A stretch of DNA of 64,000 bases from an uncultured bacterium (GTDB lineage Bacteria > Edwardsbacteria > AC1 > EtOH8): positions 148,603 through 212,602 of the forward strand of contig CAWAAX010000006.1 of the NCBI GenBank assembly GCA_963780225.1, in the 5' to 3' direction. The notes under the pieces were generated by a model, which saw only the letters and a list, made by a program, of their open reading frames with translations, had not been told where the DNA came from and did not search any database. This document shows, piece by piece, positions 20,543 to 31,188 of this stretch. The first letter of the stretch is position 1. Every line of letters starts with the position of its first letter. Made by a program: the position numbers and the translations under genes.

Positions 20543-20983
20543 TTGGGACGCAGACTTCGGCGTGAGCTCAGTCGAACGCTGAACGCAGATCAAATCGATT
20601 TTAAATACAAAGACCTTACGGAAAAGATCATCGGTATTTTTTACGGGGTTTATAATAAACTCGGGTATGGGTTTCTGGAAAAAGTTTATGAAAACGCAAT
20701 GATGATAGAATTGCGCCGGGCCGGTATCGAGGCAAAGGCACAAATGCCGATCTCGGTCATGTACGATGAAGCAACAATAGGCGAATATACGGCAGACATC
20801 CTGGTTGAAAATCAGGTAATTGTTGAGATCAAGGCAGCCAAGGCATTATTGTCGGACCACGAAGCGCAGTTGCTTAATTATCTAAAGGCCACGAAGATCG
20901 AGGTAGGACTATTGGTAAATTTCGGTCCAAAGCCTGAAATCAGAAGAAGGGCATTTGATAATAAAAGAAAAAATCTGCGGTAA
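20543..20983 (+). CDS. GxxExxY family (PD-(D/E)XK-like) protein; start uncertain
   Basis: LGYGFLEKVYEN, ADILVE..VIVEIKA, QLLNYLKAT..GLLVNFG. Confidence 0.9.
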   Translation: MGRRLRRELSRTLNADQIDFKYKDLTEKIIGIFYGVYNKLGYGFLEKVYENAMMIELRRAGIEAKAQMPISVMYDEATIGEYTADILVENQVIVEIKAAKALLSDHEAQLLNYLKATKIEVGLLVNFGPKPEIRRRAFDNKRKNLR

Positions 20984-21020
20984 TCAGCGTTAATCAGCGT
21001 CCAAATAAAAGAGGTAAAGT

Positions 21021-21959
21021 ATGTCCAAGATAGCATTCATATTTCCCGGCCAGGGCGCCCAGTACGTGGGAATGGGGAAGGACCTGTTCGAAAACCATCC
21101 GCTGGCCAGGGAGGCCTACGAAAAGGCCAACGAAGCCATCAAGTTCGACATCACCAAGATCTGCTTCGAGAGCACCCCCGGCGAGCTGAGGATGACCCAC
21201 AACGCCCAGCCGGCCATTTTGATACATTCCATCGCCGCCTTCAGACTTTTGGAAAAAGAAGGCATCAAGTTCGATTATACCGCCGGGCACAGCCTGGGCG
21301 AGTACTCGGCGCTGGTGGCGGCCGGGGCCATTGCCTTTGAGGACGCCGTGCGCCTGGTGCGCATCCGCGGCTCGCTGATGGCCATCTCCGGCGACATCCA
21401 GCCCGGCACCATGGCCGCCATTTTGGGTCTGGATCCCAAGGTGGTGGAGCAGTTATGCTACGAGGCCCGGGAATCGGGCATCGTGGAAGCCGCCAACTTC
21501 AATTCTTCCGAGCAGACCGTGATCTCGGGCGAGGTCAAGGCGGTGGAGAAGGCCATGGAGCTGGCCAAGGCCAAGGGGGCCAAGCGGGCTGTCCAGCTGG
21601 AGGTCTCCGGCGCCTTCCACTCGGAGCTGATGGACATTGCCCAATACGGCATGAGAAGGGCATTGAATCAGATCACAATAAAAGAGCCGGCCTGCCCGGT
21701 GATCGCAAATGTCTCGGCCGAGCCGGTGCACAGCCCGGCCACCATCAAGGAACTGCTGATAGAACAGGTGAAGAAGCCGGTGCGCTGGGAGGAGTCGGTG
21801 AAGAAGATGGCCGCGCTGGGAGTGACCACCATGGTGGAATGCGGCCCGGGCCGGGTGCTGAAGGGGCTGATCAAGCGGATAGCTCCGGAGATCAATGTGC
21901 TGAACGTGGAGGATTCAAAGACCTTGGCAGAGACGTTGGAAGCGCTCAAAAAGGTCTGA
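21021..21959 (+). CDS. fabD: Malonyl-CoA:ACP transacylase
   Basis: FPGQGAQ, GHSLGEY, VSGAFHS. Confidence 0.96.
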   Translation: MSKIAFIFPGQGAQYVGMGKDLFENHPLAREAYEKANEAIKFDITKICFESTPGELRMTHNAQPAILIHSIAAFRLLEKEGIKFDYTAGHSLGEYSALVAAGAIAFEDAVRLVRIRGSLMAISGDIQPGTMAAILGLDPKVVEQLCYEARESGIVEAANFNSSEQTVISGEVKAVEKAMELAKAKGAKRAVQLEVSGAFHSELMDIAQYGMRRALNQITIKEPACPVIANVSAEPVHSPATIKELLIEQVKKPVRWEESVKKMAALGVTTMVECGPGRVLKGLIKRIAPEINVLNVEDSKTLAETLEALKKV

Positions 21960-22001
21960 AAATGTTATTGAGGTTAATTCAATAAAAAATAAGGTGTTAA
22001 A

Positions 22002-22469
22002 ATGTCTGACAAAAGTTTTGGAGATCTTCTAACATTATTGACAAATAACTCTACTACTGCTAAACAAACTTATGAAGATAAACTTGAGAAGGCAGTAGGG
22101 ATAGATATTTATAAGTATGTTTTATTAATCAATATAAATGCGCTTGAAGGGTACGTAGCACAAGCAAGATTGCAAGCACAACAAAGTTTTAATCTAAGTA
22201 AAAATATTGCTATTACTGGTTTTATTATCATTTCCTCAGCTATCGTGCTTAGTATAATTTACACTTTAATAGGTAATGTGAATCTTAATGCGGCTTATTT
22301 AGCAGGAATTGCTGGTGTTTTGACAGAATTTATTTCAGGTATATTTTTCTTTCTTTACAGTAAAACTTTAACTCAAATAAATTTATTTCACGATAAACTT
22401 GTAGACATGCAAAAAACGGCACTTGTTCATATTGCTGATGCCAAACAAGAAAATAAAGTTAATAGTTAA
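22002..22469 (+). CDS. AT-rich two-TM protein resembling the TRADD-N-associated membrane domain
   Basis: Y..QA..QA..SF...GF.II...AG.L.EFISG.FF.LY motif recalled from that family; composition differs sharply from the flanks. Confidence 0.55.
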   Translation: MSDKSFGDLLTLLTNNSTTAKQTYEDKLEKAVGIDIYKYVLLININALEGYVAQARLQAQQSFNLSKNIAITGFIIISSAIVLSIIYTLIGNVNLNAAYLAGIAGVLTEFISGIFFFLYSKTLTQINLFHDKLVDMQKTALVHIADAKQENKVNS

Positions 22470-22564
22470 ATATTGCGGCATCATTTGATTTGTAATTGTG
22501 AATTGAAATGTGTTGAATGTTATCAGAAAACGGTACGTAAAATACAGTATTATAAAGGTTAATA

Positions 22565-23306
22565 ATGCAATTAAAAGATAAAAACGCCATCGTTACCGGT
22601 TCGGCCCAGGGCATAGGCAAATCAATAGCCCTGGCGCTGGCCAAGGCCGGGGCCAACATCGTGGTCAGCGATGTTAACCTGGAAGAAGCCGAGAAGACCG
22701 CCAAAGAGATCGAGGCCCTGGGCCGGAAGGCCATTGCGGTTAAGTGCAATGTGGCCGATGCCGCTGAGGTCACGGAACTGGTCAAGAAAACGCAAGAGAC
22801 ATTTGACACTATTGACATTTTGGTCAATAATGCCGGGGTGACCCGCGACAACCTGATGATGCGGATGGAAGAAAAGGACTGGGACCTGGTGCTGGACGTC
22901 AACCTCAAAGGCGCATTCCTGCTGACCAAGGCCGTTACCCGGATCATGATGAAACAGCGCTACGGGCGCATCGTCAACATGTCTTCGGTCATCGGCGTGA
23001 TGGGCAATGCCGGGCAGTCCAACTACGCGGCGTCGCAAGGGAGGTTTGATCGCCTTCACCAAATCCACCGCCAAGGAGTTCGCCTCGCGCAACATCACCT
23101 GCAATGCCATCGCCCCGGGATTCATCGAGACCGCCATGACCGCCAAGCTGACGGACGAGGTGAAGGAGAACTACAAGAAGGGCATCCCGCTGGGCCGGAT
23201 GGGCAGCGTGGAGGACGTGGCCAACGCGGTGCTGTTCCTGGTCTCCGAGCAATCGACCTACATTACCGGCCAGGTTCTGCACGTGGACGGCGGATTGGTG
23301 ATGTGA
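22565..23306 (+). CDS. fabG: 3-oxoacyl-ACP reductase with one +1 frameshift at ~23035 (probable sequence error)
   Basis: TGSAQGIG, NNAG; removing one base restores YAASK and joins the 23007-23306 frame (APGFIET...VDGG), 246 aa. Confidence 0.9.
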
Positions 23307-23345
23307 CCCTTCGATTCCCCACGAAAAGGCACGAAACGACTAAAA

Positions 23346-23722
23346 TGTCATCCCTAGATTTCTCTCTTGCCGGACTGTTTGAGGCGATGCCCTGAGTCTG
23401 ACTACAGTAGTAGGGAATCGAAGGGGATGGCCTGTTCACCCTTCGATTTGCAAGGCAAGGAGCAACGCCGCTTCGACAAGTTCAGTGCAACGCTCAGGGT
23501 GACAGGGCTGGTTGTCATTCTGAGAATAACAGATTTCCTTGCTTTCGAAGAATCTACTTTGTTCATTAGTCAGACCCTTCGTAAGGCAAACATGCAGCAA
23601 GTCTCAGGGTGACGATGGGGCAGTGATGTCATAGAGAAAAACATAGCGTTTGGACGACCGAAGAAAGACGACAAAGAGCATACTTCGATCTGTAAGGCGG
23701 GATGCCGCGCTCAGTATGACAA
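23346..23722. repeat. Cluster of REP-like GTCAY(C/T)CTGAG/CTCAGRRTGAC and TTCGACAAG elements
   Basis: CTCAGGGTGAC twice, GTCATTCTGAG, CTCAGTATGAC, CTTCGACAAGTTCAG; related GTCACCCTGAG near 63853. Confidence 0.55.
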
Positions 23723-23801
23723 CCGTGACAGCAGGATAAGAAATCAAGCAAATCAAACATACCAACAATTAAATAAACTACTTGAAAAGGAGGTGAAACA
23801 A

Positions 23802-24050
23802 ATGGCAATAATTGATGATGTCAAGAAGATCGTCATCGACCGGTTGGGCGTGGACGCTTCGCAGGTGACCATGGAGGCCTCGTTCATCGAGGATCTGGGC
23901 GCCGATTCACTGGACACCGTGGAACTGGTGATGGCCCTGGAAGAGAAATTCGGGATGGAGATCCCGGACGACGAAGCCGAAAAGCTTACCAAGGTAGGCG
24001 TGGCGGTGGAATATATCGAAAAGAAGATGGCCGAGAAGGCCGGGAAATAA
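23802..24050 (+). CDS. acpP: Acyl carrier protein
   Basis: [23 protein letters not shown] supports ATG 23802. Confidence 0.97.
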   Translation: MAIIDDVKKIVIDRLGVDASQVTMEASFIEDLGADSLDTVELVMALEEKFGMEIPDDEAEKLTKVGVAVEYIEKKMAEKAGK

Positions 24051-24141
24051 ATACCCTGATCCCAAGCAGAAACAGGAGAGGCGCTTTTTAAAGCAGGCGC
24101 CTCTCCATACCAAAAACAACAACGGCAGATAGAAAAAGATT

Positions 24142-25383
24142 ATGAAACGAAGGGTTGTCATCACCGGAATGGGGGTCATATCCCCCGTGGGAAACAGTCA
24201 GGATGAATTTTGGAAAAGTCTGACCGAGGGCCGGAATGGGATTGGGCAGATCACCCGGTTCGACGTATCAAAATATAGCGCGCGGATCGCCGGCGAGGTC
24301 AAGAACTTTGACCCGTCCCAGTTCATAGACCGCAAGGAACTGCGCCGGATGGACCGCTACACCCATTACGCCATGGCGGCCGCCAAGATGGCCGTCGAGG
24401 ATTCCGGGCTGAAGATCGAAGGGGAGCTGGCCGAGCGTACCGGGGTGATCATCGGCTCCGGCATCGGCGGCACCGAGACCTGGGAGGAGCAGCACACCAA
24501 GCTGATCCAGTCCGGGCCGGACCGGATCTCGCCGTTCTTCGTGCCCATGATGATCAGCGACATGGCAGCCGGGCAGGTCTCAATTGCCTTCGGGGCCAAG
24601 GGCCCCAACTTTGCCACGGTCTCGGCCTGCGCCTCGGGCGGCCATGCCATAGGCGAAGCAATGAAAAGCATCCAGACCGGCGACAGCGACGCCATGATCT
24701 GCGGCGGGTCCGAGGCCCCGATCACCCCGCTGGCCCTGGCCGGATTCTGCGCCCTGAGGGCCCTGTCCCTGCGCAACGACGACCCGGAACACGCCTCAAG
24801 ACCCTTTGACAAGGACCGCGACGGCTTTGTGATGGGCGAGGGCGCCGGGATCCTGATCCTGGAGGAACTGGAACACGCCAAGGCCCGGGGCGCCAAGATA
24901 TACGCCGAACTGGTTGGCTACGGCGCCAGCGGTGACGCCAATCATATGACGGCACCGGCCCCCGGAGGAGAGGGAGCGGCCCGGGCCATGAAAATGGCGC
25001 TGAGGACCGGCGATCTGAAGCCGGAGGATGTTGATTACATCAACGCCCACGGCACTTCCACCGACATGAACGACAAATATGAGACCGCGGCCATCAAGAC
25101 GGTGTTCGGAGAACATGCCAAAAAACTGGCTGTATCTTCAACCAAATCCATGACCGGGCATCTTTTGGGTGCAGCCGGCGGGGCGGAGGCCATCGCCACG
25201 GTGCTAACCATCAAACACGGGGTCATACATCCTACCGTTAATTATACGACTCCGGACCCGGAATGCGATCTGGATTACGTGCCCAACAAGGCCCGGACGG
25301 CCAAGGTCAGGGCAGCGCTTTCCAATTCATTTGGTTTCGGCGGACACAATGTTTGCCTGGCATTCAAAGAATTCATATCTTAA
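24142..25383 (+). CDS. fabF: 3-oxoacyl-ACP synthase II
   Basis: [34 protein letters not shown]. Confidence 0.97.
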   Translation: MKRRVVITGMGVISPVGNSQDEFWKSLTEGRNGIGQITRFDVSKYSARIAGEVKNFDPSQFIDRKELRRMDRYTHYAMAAAKMAVEDSGLKIEGELAERTGVIIGSGIGGTETWEEQHTKLIQSGPDRISPFFVPMMISDMAAGQVSIAFGAKGPNFATVSACASGGHAIGEAMKSIQTGDSDAMICGGSEAPITPLALAGFCALRALSLRNDDPEHASRPFDKDRDGFVMGEGAGILILEELEHAKARGAKIYAELVGYGASGDANHMTAPAPGGEGAARAMKMALRTGDLKPEDVDYINAHGTSTDMNDKYETAAIKTVFGEHAKKLAVSSTKSMTGHLLGAAGGAEAIATVLTIKHGVIHPTVNYTTPDPECDLDYVPNKARTAKVRAALSNSFGFGGHNVCLAFKEFIS

Positions 25384-25480
25384 TGTCTCACACTGTACTG
25401 TAAGAACAGGATCAAGCGTTGCTTTAATCTTATTTTATCTTTGAAAAGTCAAACTTTCTAAAATCAATCCGGGTATCCAA

Positions 25481-26221
25481 TTGTTTAAAAAGTTATTCGG
25501 CGCCGGGGCCAAAAAACTTTCCCCGGAACGCCAACAGGCCCTGGACAAGATCCGGCAGAGGCTGGGGTGGAAGATAAAGAACCGGGAGTATTATCTCCAG
25601 GCCCTTAAACACCGTTCGGCCGCCGGGCGCCACATTGACTCCAACGAAAGGCTGGAGCTTTTGGGCGATTCGGTGCTGGGACTTTTGGTCTGCGAATACC
25701 TCTACACCTCCAGGCCCAAGGATGATGAGGGCCAGCTGACCGAGATCCGGTCGCTGGTGGTCAGCAAGAAGATTTTGGCCAAGCTGGCCAAGGAACTGGG
25801 GGTGGGGGAACTGCTGGAGATGTCGCGGGAGGAGGTTTCTTCCGGCGGGCGTTACAAGGATTCCATCCTCTGCGACGCCATGGAATCGCTGATCGCGGCC
25901 TATTATCTGGATTCCGGCCTTAATGCGGTCAGGATATTCCTGCAAAAGACCCTTTTCTGGCAGATCATCCATCTTTCCAACAACGAGGCCTACAAGAATT
26001 TCAAGGGCCTGCTCCAGGAATACATGCAGTCCCGCCGGGATGACCGCCCCGTCCGCTATTCACTGAAGTCGGACGCCGGCCCCGAGCATCACCGAACCTT
26101 TGAGGTGGAACTGAAGATCTCCCGCAAGCGCTACGGGCTGGCCCGGGCCGGCACCAAGAAGGAAGCCGAACAGCTGGCGGCCCAGCAGACCCTGGAAAAA
26201 CTGAAGAGTGAAATCGGATAA
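25481..26221 (+). CDS. rnc: Ribonuclease III
   Basis: NERLELLGDSVL, D..E, C-terminal dsRBD (KKEAEQ.AA). Confidence 0.93.
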   Translation: MFKKLFGAGAKKLSPERQQALDKIRQRLGWKIKNREYYLQALKHRSAAGRHIDSNERLELLGDSVLGLLVCEYLYTSRPKDDEGQLTEIRSLVVSKKILAKLAKELGVGELLEMSREEVSSGGRYKDSILCDAMESLIAAYYLDSGLNAVRIFLQKTLFWQIIHLSNNEAYKNFKGLLQEYMQSRRDDRPVRYSLKSDAGPEHHRTFEVELKISRKRYGLARAGTKKEAEQLAAQQTLEKLKSEIG

Positions 26222-26267
26222 ACATTTTGTCTTTCACAAATAAATCAAAAGGACAGCCAGAACCATC

Positions 26268-27431
26268 ATGATGAATTATTACCTGACCGAAGAACAGATG
26301 ATGATCAAGGACCTCTGCCACAAGATAGGGGTGGAGAAGATCAAGCCGGTGCGCGAGCATTATGACGAGACCGGTGAATTCCCCTGGGACATAATCAAGC
26401 TGCTGGCCGAGGCCGACATCTGCGGGGTCTATATCCCGGCGGCTTACGGCGGCCTGGGCGGCGGGGTGATGGAAATGGTGATCGCCACCGAGGAGCTGTC
26501 CCGCTTCTGCGGGGGCATCTCGCTGTCCTTTGCCGCCACCGGGCTGGGAACCTTCCCGATCATCCTGTTCGGCACCGAGGAGCAGAAGAAAAAATACCTG
26601 CCGGACATCGCCAGCGGCAAGAAACTGGGAGCCTTTGGCCTGACCGAAGCCAACGCCGGGTCTGACGCCGGCGGCATCCAGACCACCGCGGTCAGGGACG
26701 GGGATTTCTTCGTGCTTAACGGCACCAAGCAGTGGATCACCAACGGCGGCGAGGCCGAGATCTATACCGTGGTGGCCCTGACCGACAAGGCCAAGGGCAG
26801 CCGCGGGGCCACCGCCTTCATAGTGGAAAAGGGAACGCCCGGTTTCTCCTTCGGCAAGAAGGAGAACAAGATGGGCATCAGGGCCTCGGTCACCCGCGAA
26901 CTGGTGTTTGACAACTGCCGGATACACAAGGACCAGGTGCTGGGCAAGGAGGGCATGGGATTCCTGGTAGCCATGGGCACTTTGGACCGGACCCGGCCCG
27001 GCGTGGCGGCCCAGGCTTTGGGAATAGCCCAGGGAGCTTTGGACGAAGCGGTGAAGTATTCCCGGGAGCGGGTCCAGTTCGGCAAGCCGATCTCGGCCTT
27101 CCAAGGGGTGCAGTTCATGCTGGCCGACATGGCCATGAAGCTGGAGGCCGCCCGGTCGTTGGTCTACGCCACCGCCCGGATGATCGACTCCGGCGAGAAG
27201 AAGTTCGCCAAGGAAAGCGCCATGTGCAAGTGCTTTGCCTCCGACGTGGCCATGGAAGTAACCACCAACGCGGTCCAGGTGCTGGGCGGCTACGGCTACA
27301 TGAAGGAATACCCGGTGGAGAAGATGATGCGCGACGCCAAGATCACCCAGATCTACGAGGGCACCAACCAGATCCAGCGGACCGTGATCGCCTCCAACCT
27401 GATCAAGGAGGCGGCCGGAGGCAAGGAATAA
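26268..27431 (+). CDS. Acyl-CoA dehydrogenase (butyryl-CoA DH-like)
   Basis: GAFGLTEANAGSD, NGTKQWITN, RVQFGKPI, IYEGTNQIQR. Confidence 0.95.
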   Translation: MMNYYLTEEQMMIKDLCHKIGVEKIKPVREHYDETGEFPWDIIKLLAEADICGVYIPAAYGGLGGGVMEMVIATEELSRFCGGISLSFAATGLGTFPIILFGTEEQKKKYLPDIASGKKLGAFGLTEANAGSDAGGIQTTAVRDGDFFVLNGTKQWITNGGEAEIYTVVALTDKAKGSRGATAFIVEKGTPGFSFGKKENKMGIRASVTRELVFDNCRIHKDQVLGKEGMGFLVAMGTLDRTRPGVAAQALGIAQGALDEAVKYSRERVQFGKPISAFQGVQFMLADMAMKLEAARSLVYATARMIDSGEKKFAKESAMCKCFASDVAMEVTTNAVQVLGGYGYMKEYPVEKMMRDAKITQIYEGTNQIQRTVIASNLIKEAAGGKE

Positions 27432-27640
27432 GGGGACAGGGTCTTCGCTTTAATAGCCCAGCCGTAAATGGCTGGGCTATTATTGTTTTCGATTAAACCT
27501 TTTGCCGGTATCCGTGGTCTAATGTTTATAACCATATTACCCTTAAACGGTCTTTCCCTTAGGCGCTCGTTACCCTCCAGGGCGGGTGCTTTTGGCGAAA
27601 GGCCGTTAGTTGATTCCCTATAGAATTATTTTGAGCCCTC

Positions 27641-27669
27641 TTGACATTTTCGGGCTTATTGGCTATAAT
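27641..27669 (+). promoter_or_regulatory. Consensus sigma70 promoter of the tetR-efflux operon
   Basis: TTGACA-17 bp-TATAAT. Confidence 0.85.
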
Positions 27670-27694
27670 AGAACTGACCAGTCAGTTCTATTAT
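27665..27694. promoter_or_regulatory. Probable TetR operator
   Basis: Perfect 14-bp inverted repeat ATAATAGAACTGAC-CA-GTCAGTTCTATTAT overlapping the -10 and the start site. Confidence 0.8.
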
Positions 27695-27714
27695 CTATTT
27701 AACAAAGGCAGGGA

Positions 27715-28287
27715 ATGAGAACCACCACTGACCTCAAACGCCAGGAAATCCTCAAGGCCGCCGCTGTGGTGTTCGCCAAGAGGGGATTCCAAAAAACGCT
27801 GATGGAGGACGTTGCCGGGCAGGCCGGCATCGGCAAGGGCACCATCTACCGGTACTTCAGCAGCAAGGATGACCTGTATTTCAGCATCCTGGATCAGACA
27901 GTGGAGGATCTATTAACCTGCCTTTCCCAGGACCTTAAAAGCAAAGCCTCGCCAGAGCAAAAACTAAGGAAGATGATGTCGGATATGGCAGGCCTGCTGA
28001 TAACCAACCGCTCCTTGATGGTCCTGTTACACGAGATAGAAGGAAGCAAGATAAAAACCAGGCACGCCCAGTTTAAAAGAAACAATGCCAGGATCGATAA
28101 CCTGGTGGCAGGGGTGATAGCTGACGGCATACGGCAGAAATTATTCAAAACAGGCGATCCCCGGTTCATGGCGGTGCAACTGGGATTCATGGTAAAAGTG
28201 GCGGTCATGGAATTCCCCGGCAAAATGAAGGATTATTTGGTGAACCAGATCATGGATACATTTTTGCACGGCATAAGCAATAAATAA
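27715..28287 (+). CDS. TetR/AcrR family regulator
   Basis: ILKAAAVVFAKRGF...VAGQAGIGKGTIYRYFSSKDDL. Confidence 0.95.
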   Translation: MRTTTDLKRQEILKAAAVVFAKRGFQKTLMEDVAGQAGIGKGTIYRYFSSKDDLYFSILDQTVEDLLTCLSQDLKSKASPEQKLRKMMSDMAGLLITNRSLMVLLHEIEGSKIKTRHAQFKRNNARIDNLVAGVIADGIRQKLFKTGDPRFMAVQLGFMVKVAVMEFPGKMKDYLVNQIMDTFLHGISNK

Positions 28288-28379
28288 GAAACTTTTCCGG
28301 TCTGTTTGGCGTAATATCATAGTATCTCCAGTTTTAAAGATAAAACCTATAATCACAAAATGGATAAAAATAGAACAAA

Positions 28380-29654
28380 ATGAGGAAACTGTATCTTTAT
28401 TCTTTAGCGCTCTGCCTAGCCTGGGCAGGTCTGGCCAATGCGGCTGACTCCCTGACAGTGGAACAGTGTGTTTCCCTGGCTTTAAAGCAAAGCCCGGAGC
28501 TTAAAAAGGCCCAGGCCAACCTGAGCCTGGCCGGCGCCTCGTTGCAGGGTTCGGTGGGAACCATCCTGCCGCATCTGTCCGGCAGTTCCAGCTATACCCA
28601 GAGGGGTCCGGCCACCATTGACCAGAACGGTCATTACGATACCTACAGCACCGGCCTCAGCCTGGGAATGAGCCTGGTGAATCTGTCCGGCTGGGCCGAT
28701 ATCACCGGCACGGCGCTGGCCCGGCAGTCGGCCGGAGCAGCCTACCAGCTGGCGGTGGCTTCGCTGGTGTACCAGGTAAAACAGGCTTTTTACGGCCTGG
28801 CCAACCAGGAGAAGGCCCTGGAAGTGGCCCAGTCATCGGTCAAACAAAGCGAAGAGCAGGCCAAAAGGGCCGAAGCCATGTATCAACTCGGCTCCTTAAG
28901 CCGGGCGGATATGCTGAAGATCCAGGTCAGCTTTATCCAAAGCCGGGTGAACCTGCTTTCAGCTGAAAGCAGCCTTCTAACGGCCAAGCAAACGCTGGCC
29001 GGCCTGCTGGGCCTTTCGGGCGAAGTGGCCATAGACCCAAAACTGGAGTTCCCGGATACCACCAAGATGAAGGCGGTCAGCGACACCATCGCCGAATCCG
29101 AGCTGGAACAGAACCCGGCCTACCGTCAGGCCCGGAAGAACAGCCAAAGCAAGAAAGCCGGGTTATGGTCGGCCTGGCTGGGCCGTCTGCCATATCTTTC
29201 CGGCTCCTACAACTACGGTTATTCCGATTCCCGCCAGTTCAAGGATGGATCCGATTGGGCCGATCACGACTCCTGGAGCGCTTCTCTGGCCCTGAACTGG
29301 AATATATTCGACGGGGGCATTGCCGAGGCCGGCATCCGGCAGGCTGCGGCCCAGGCCAAATCGGCCGAAGCCGATTTTATTTCGGCCCGGCAATCGGTGT
29401 ACTCCGAGCTTAAGCAGGCCAAGCTCAGCCTGATGATGTCGCGGCAGTCCCTTGGGCTGGTGGCCGACCTTTTGCAGCAGTCCTCCGAAGACTACAAACT
29501 TACCACCGAAAAATTCCGTCTGGGTTCGGCCTCGGTGCTGGACCTTTTATCCAGCCAGCTTACCTACAATCAAGCCCAGCAGCAGGCAACCAGCACCTTA
29601 TGCGATTATTACCTTTCCCTGGCCAGGATGGACAAAGCGTTGGGAAAGTGGTAA
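28380..29654 (+). CDS. TolC family outer-membrane efflux protein
   Basis: Signal peptide, two OEP repeats (AL..SPEL, WNIFDGG, G..S.LDLL). Confidence 0.9.
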   Translation: MRKLYLYSLALCLAWAGLANAADSLTVEQCVSLALKQSPELKKAQANLSLAGASLQGSVGTILPHLSGSSSYTQRGPATIDQNGHYDTYSTGLSLGMSLVNLSGWADITGTALARQSAGAAYQLAVASLVYQVKQAFYGLANQEKALEVAQSSVKQSEEQAKRAEAMYQLGSLSRADMLKIQVSFIQSRVNLLSAESSLLTAKQTLAGLLGLSGEVAIDPKLEFPDTTKMKAVSDTIAESELEQNPAYRQARKNSQSKKAGLWSAWLGRLPYLSGSYNYGYSDSRQFKDGSDWADHDSWSASLALNWNIFDGGIAEAGIRQAAAQAKSAEADFISARQSVYSELKQAKLSLMMSRQSLGLVADLLQQSSEDYKLTTEKFRLGSASVLDLLSSQLTYNQAQQQATSTLCDYYLSLARMDKALGKW

Positions 29655-29746
29655 GGACTGGTCTTCCCGGGGATAGACAGGATTTACAGGATTTTGCGGA
29701 TTTAAAAACATTACTACCTTCGAAATATAATTTCAGGAGCGGCCAA

Positions 29747-31027
29747 GTGAAAAAGATCAATTTCAAAAGCAAAAAATTATGGATCATATCCGGTGCGGTA
29801 CTGCTGGTACTGATCCTGGTAATTTCCAATATCGCCCGGGGCAGCAAGAAACTTACCGTTCAGTCGGCTAAGGCTCAAAAAGGAGAGATCATCTCCACCG
29901 TCTCGGCCCCCGGCAATGTCAAGGCCGAGACCGAGGTCCAGATCTCGGCCTATGTGATGGGCAAGATCACCAGGCTGCCGGTTAAGGAGGGAGACAAGGT
30001 CCGCCAGGGACAGATATTGGTCCAGATCGATCCCGCCAACTACGCCGCCCAGGTCAAGCAAGCCCGGGCCAGTTTGGACCTGTCCAAGGCCAATCTGTCC
30101 CAGTCCGAGCTGGTCTTCAAGCGCAACAAGGAGCTTTTCGACAAGGGGCTTTTGTCGCAGGAAGGGTTTGAACAGGTCAATACCGACTATCAGCTGAATC
30201 AGGCCCGGGTCATCCAGGCCGAGGCTTCGCTGGAGCAGGCCCAGGACACCTACGCCAAGACCACCATCACCTCGCCCATCAACGGCACGGTGGTGCAGCT
30301 TAACGTGGAGGTTGGGGAAGTAGTGGTCACCGGCACCATGAACAACGCCGGGTCGGTGATCATGACCGTGGCCGACCTGTCGCAGATGGAGGTGGAGGCC
30401 CAGGTGGACGAGAGCGACGTCAGGGACATCAAACTGGGGCAGGAAGCCCAGGTGGAAGTGGACGCCATCATTGGCAAAACTTTTAAGGGCGAGGTCTCCG
30501 AAGTGGGCAACGCCGCCATCTCTTCCAGTTCTTCTTCAACCAGCAACGCCTCCGTCAACTACACCGTCAAGACCAGGATCATTGACAAATCAATTGACCT
30601 CAAGTCCGGAATGTCTGCCAATGTGGAGATCACCACCGCCCATAAGAGCGGTATCATGCTGATTCCCATCCAATCGGTGGTGATGCGCAGAGTGGAGGCC
30701 GAGCGCCAGCAGGCCGAACCCAAGAAAGGCCGGGCCGCCAAGGACAAAGCTTCGCTGGCCAAGGACAGTTTGGGTGACGGCAAGAAGGCCAAGGAGAAGG
30801 AACAGGAAGTGGTCTATGTTATAGAAAAAGGCCGGGCAGTGATCACTGCGGTGAAGACCGGCGTCTCCGATCAGGATAACATCGAAGTGATAAGCGGTTT
30901 GACCGAAGATCAGGAAGTGGTAAAGGGCCCCTTCAGCGTGCTGAGGAACCTCAAGCACAACGACAAGGTAAAGACCGGCACCGCCAAGGCGGCCGGAAAA
31001 GCTGATATTAGTGGGGTAGGCAAATAA
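29747..31027 (+). CDS. Efflux periplasmic adaptor (MacA-like)
   Basis: GTG start behind AGGAG; VKEGD.V..GQ.L, I.SPI.GTV, VDESDV, GMSA. Confidence 0.9.
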   Translation: MKKINFKSKKLWIISGAVLLVLILVISNIARGSKKLTVQSAKAQKGEIISTVSAPGNVKAETEVQISAYVMGKITRLPVKEGDKVRQGQILVQIDPANYAAQVKQARASLDLSKANLSQSELVFKRNKELFDKGLLSQEGFEQVNTDYQLNQARVIQAEASLEQAQDTYAKTTITSPINGTVVQLNVEVGEVVVTGTMNNAGSVIMTVADLSQMEVEAQVDESDVRDIKLGQEAQVEVDAIIGKTFKGEVSEVGNAAISSSSSSTSNASVNYTVKTRIIDKSIDLKSGMSANVEITTAHKSGIMLIPIQSVVMRRVEAERQQAEPKKGRAAKDKASLAKDSLGDGKKAKEKEQEVVYVIEKGRAVITAVKTGVSDQDNIEVISGLTEDQEVVKGPFSVLRNLKHNDKVKTGTAKAAGKADISGVGK

Positions 31028-31188
31028 TTGTTATTTATTAGGAATCCAGGAAAGCATGAATACTTTACGGTGGAAACCAAGATTGATTCCTGTATTCCTG
31101 GTTTCCTTATTAAATATATTCATTTTATCTTCTGCCATTGCGCAATCAACTAAATACTCTCATTAGTAATTCCGGAAAGTAGGTCCGT

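Noticed and set aside
23367..23612. ORFs in repeat regions (also 54125-54358, 40782-40997, 43459-44319)
   Set aside because: They translate REP/MITE sequence and lack RBS or protein-like features
26001..27104. Long antisense ORFs (also 51158-52030, 54437-55426, 55751-56617, 42353-43165)
   Set aside because: Shadows of GC3-rich genes on the opposite strand; no independent motifs
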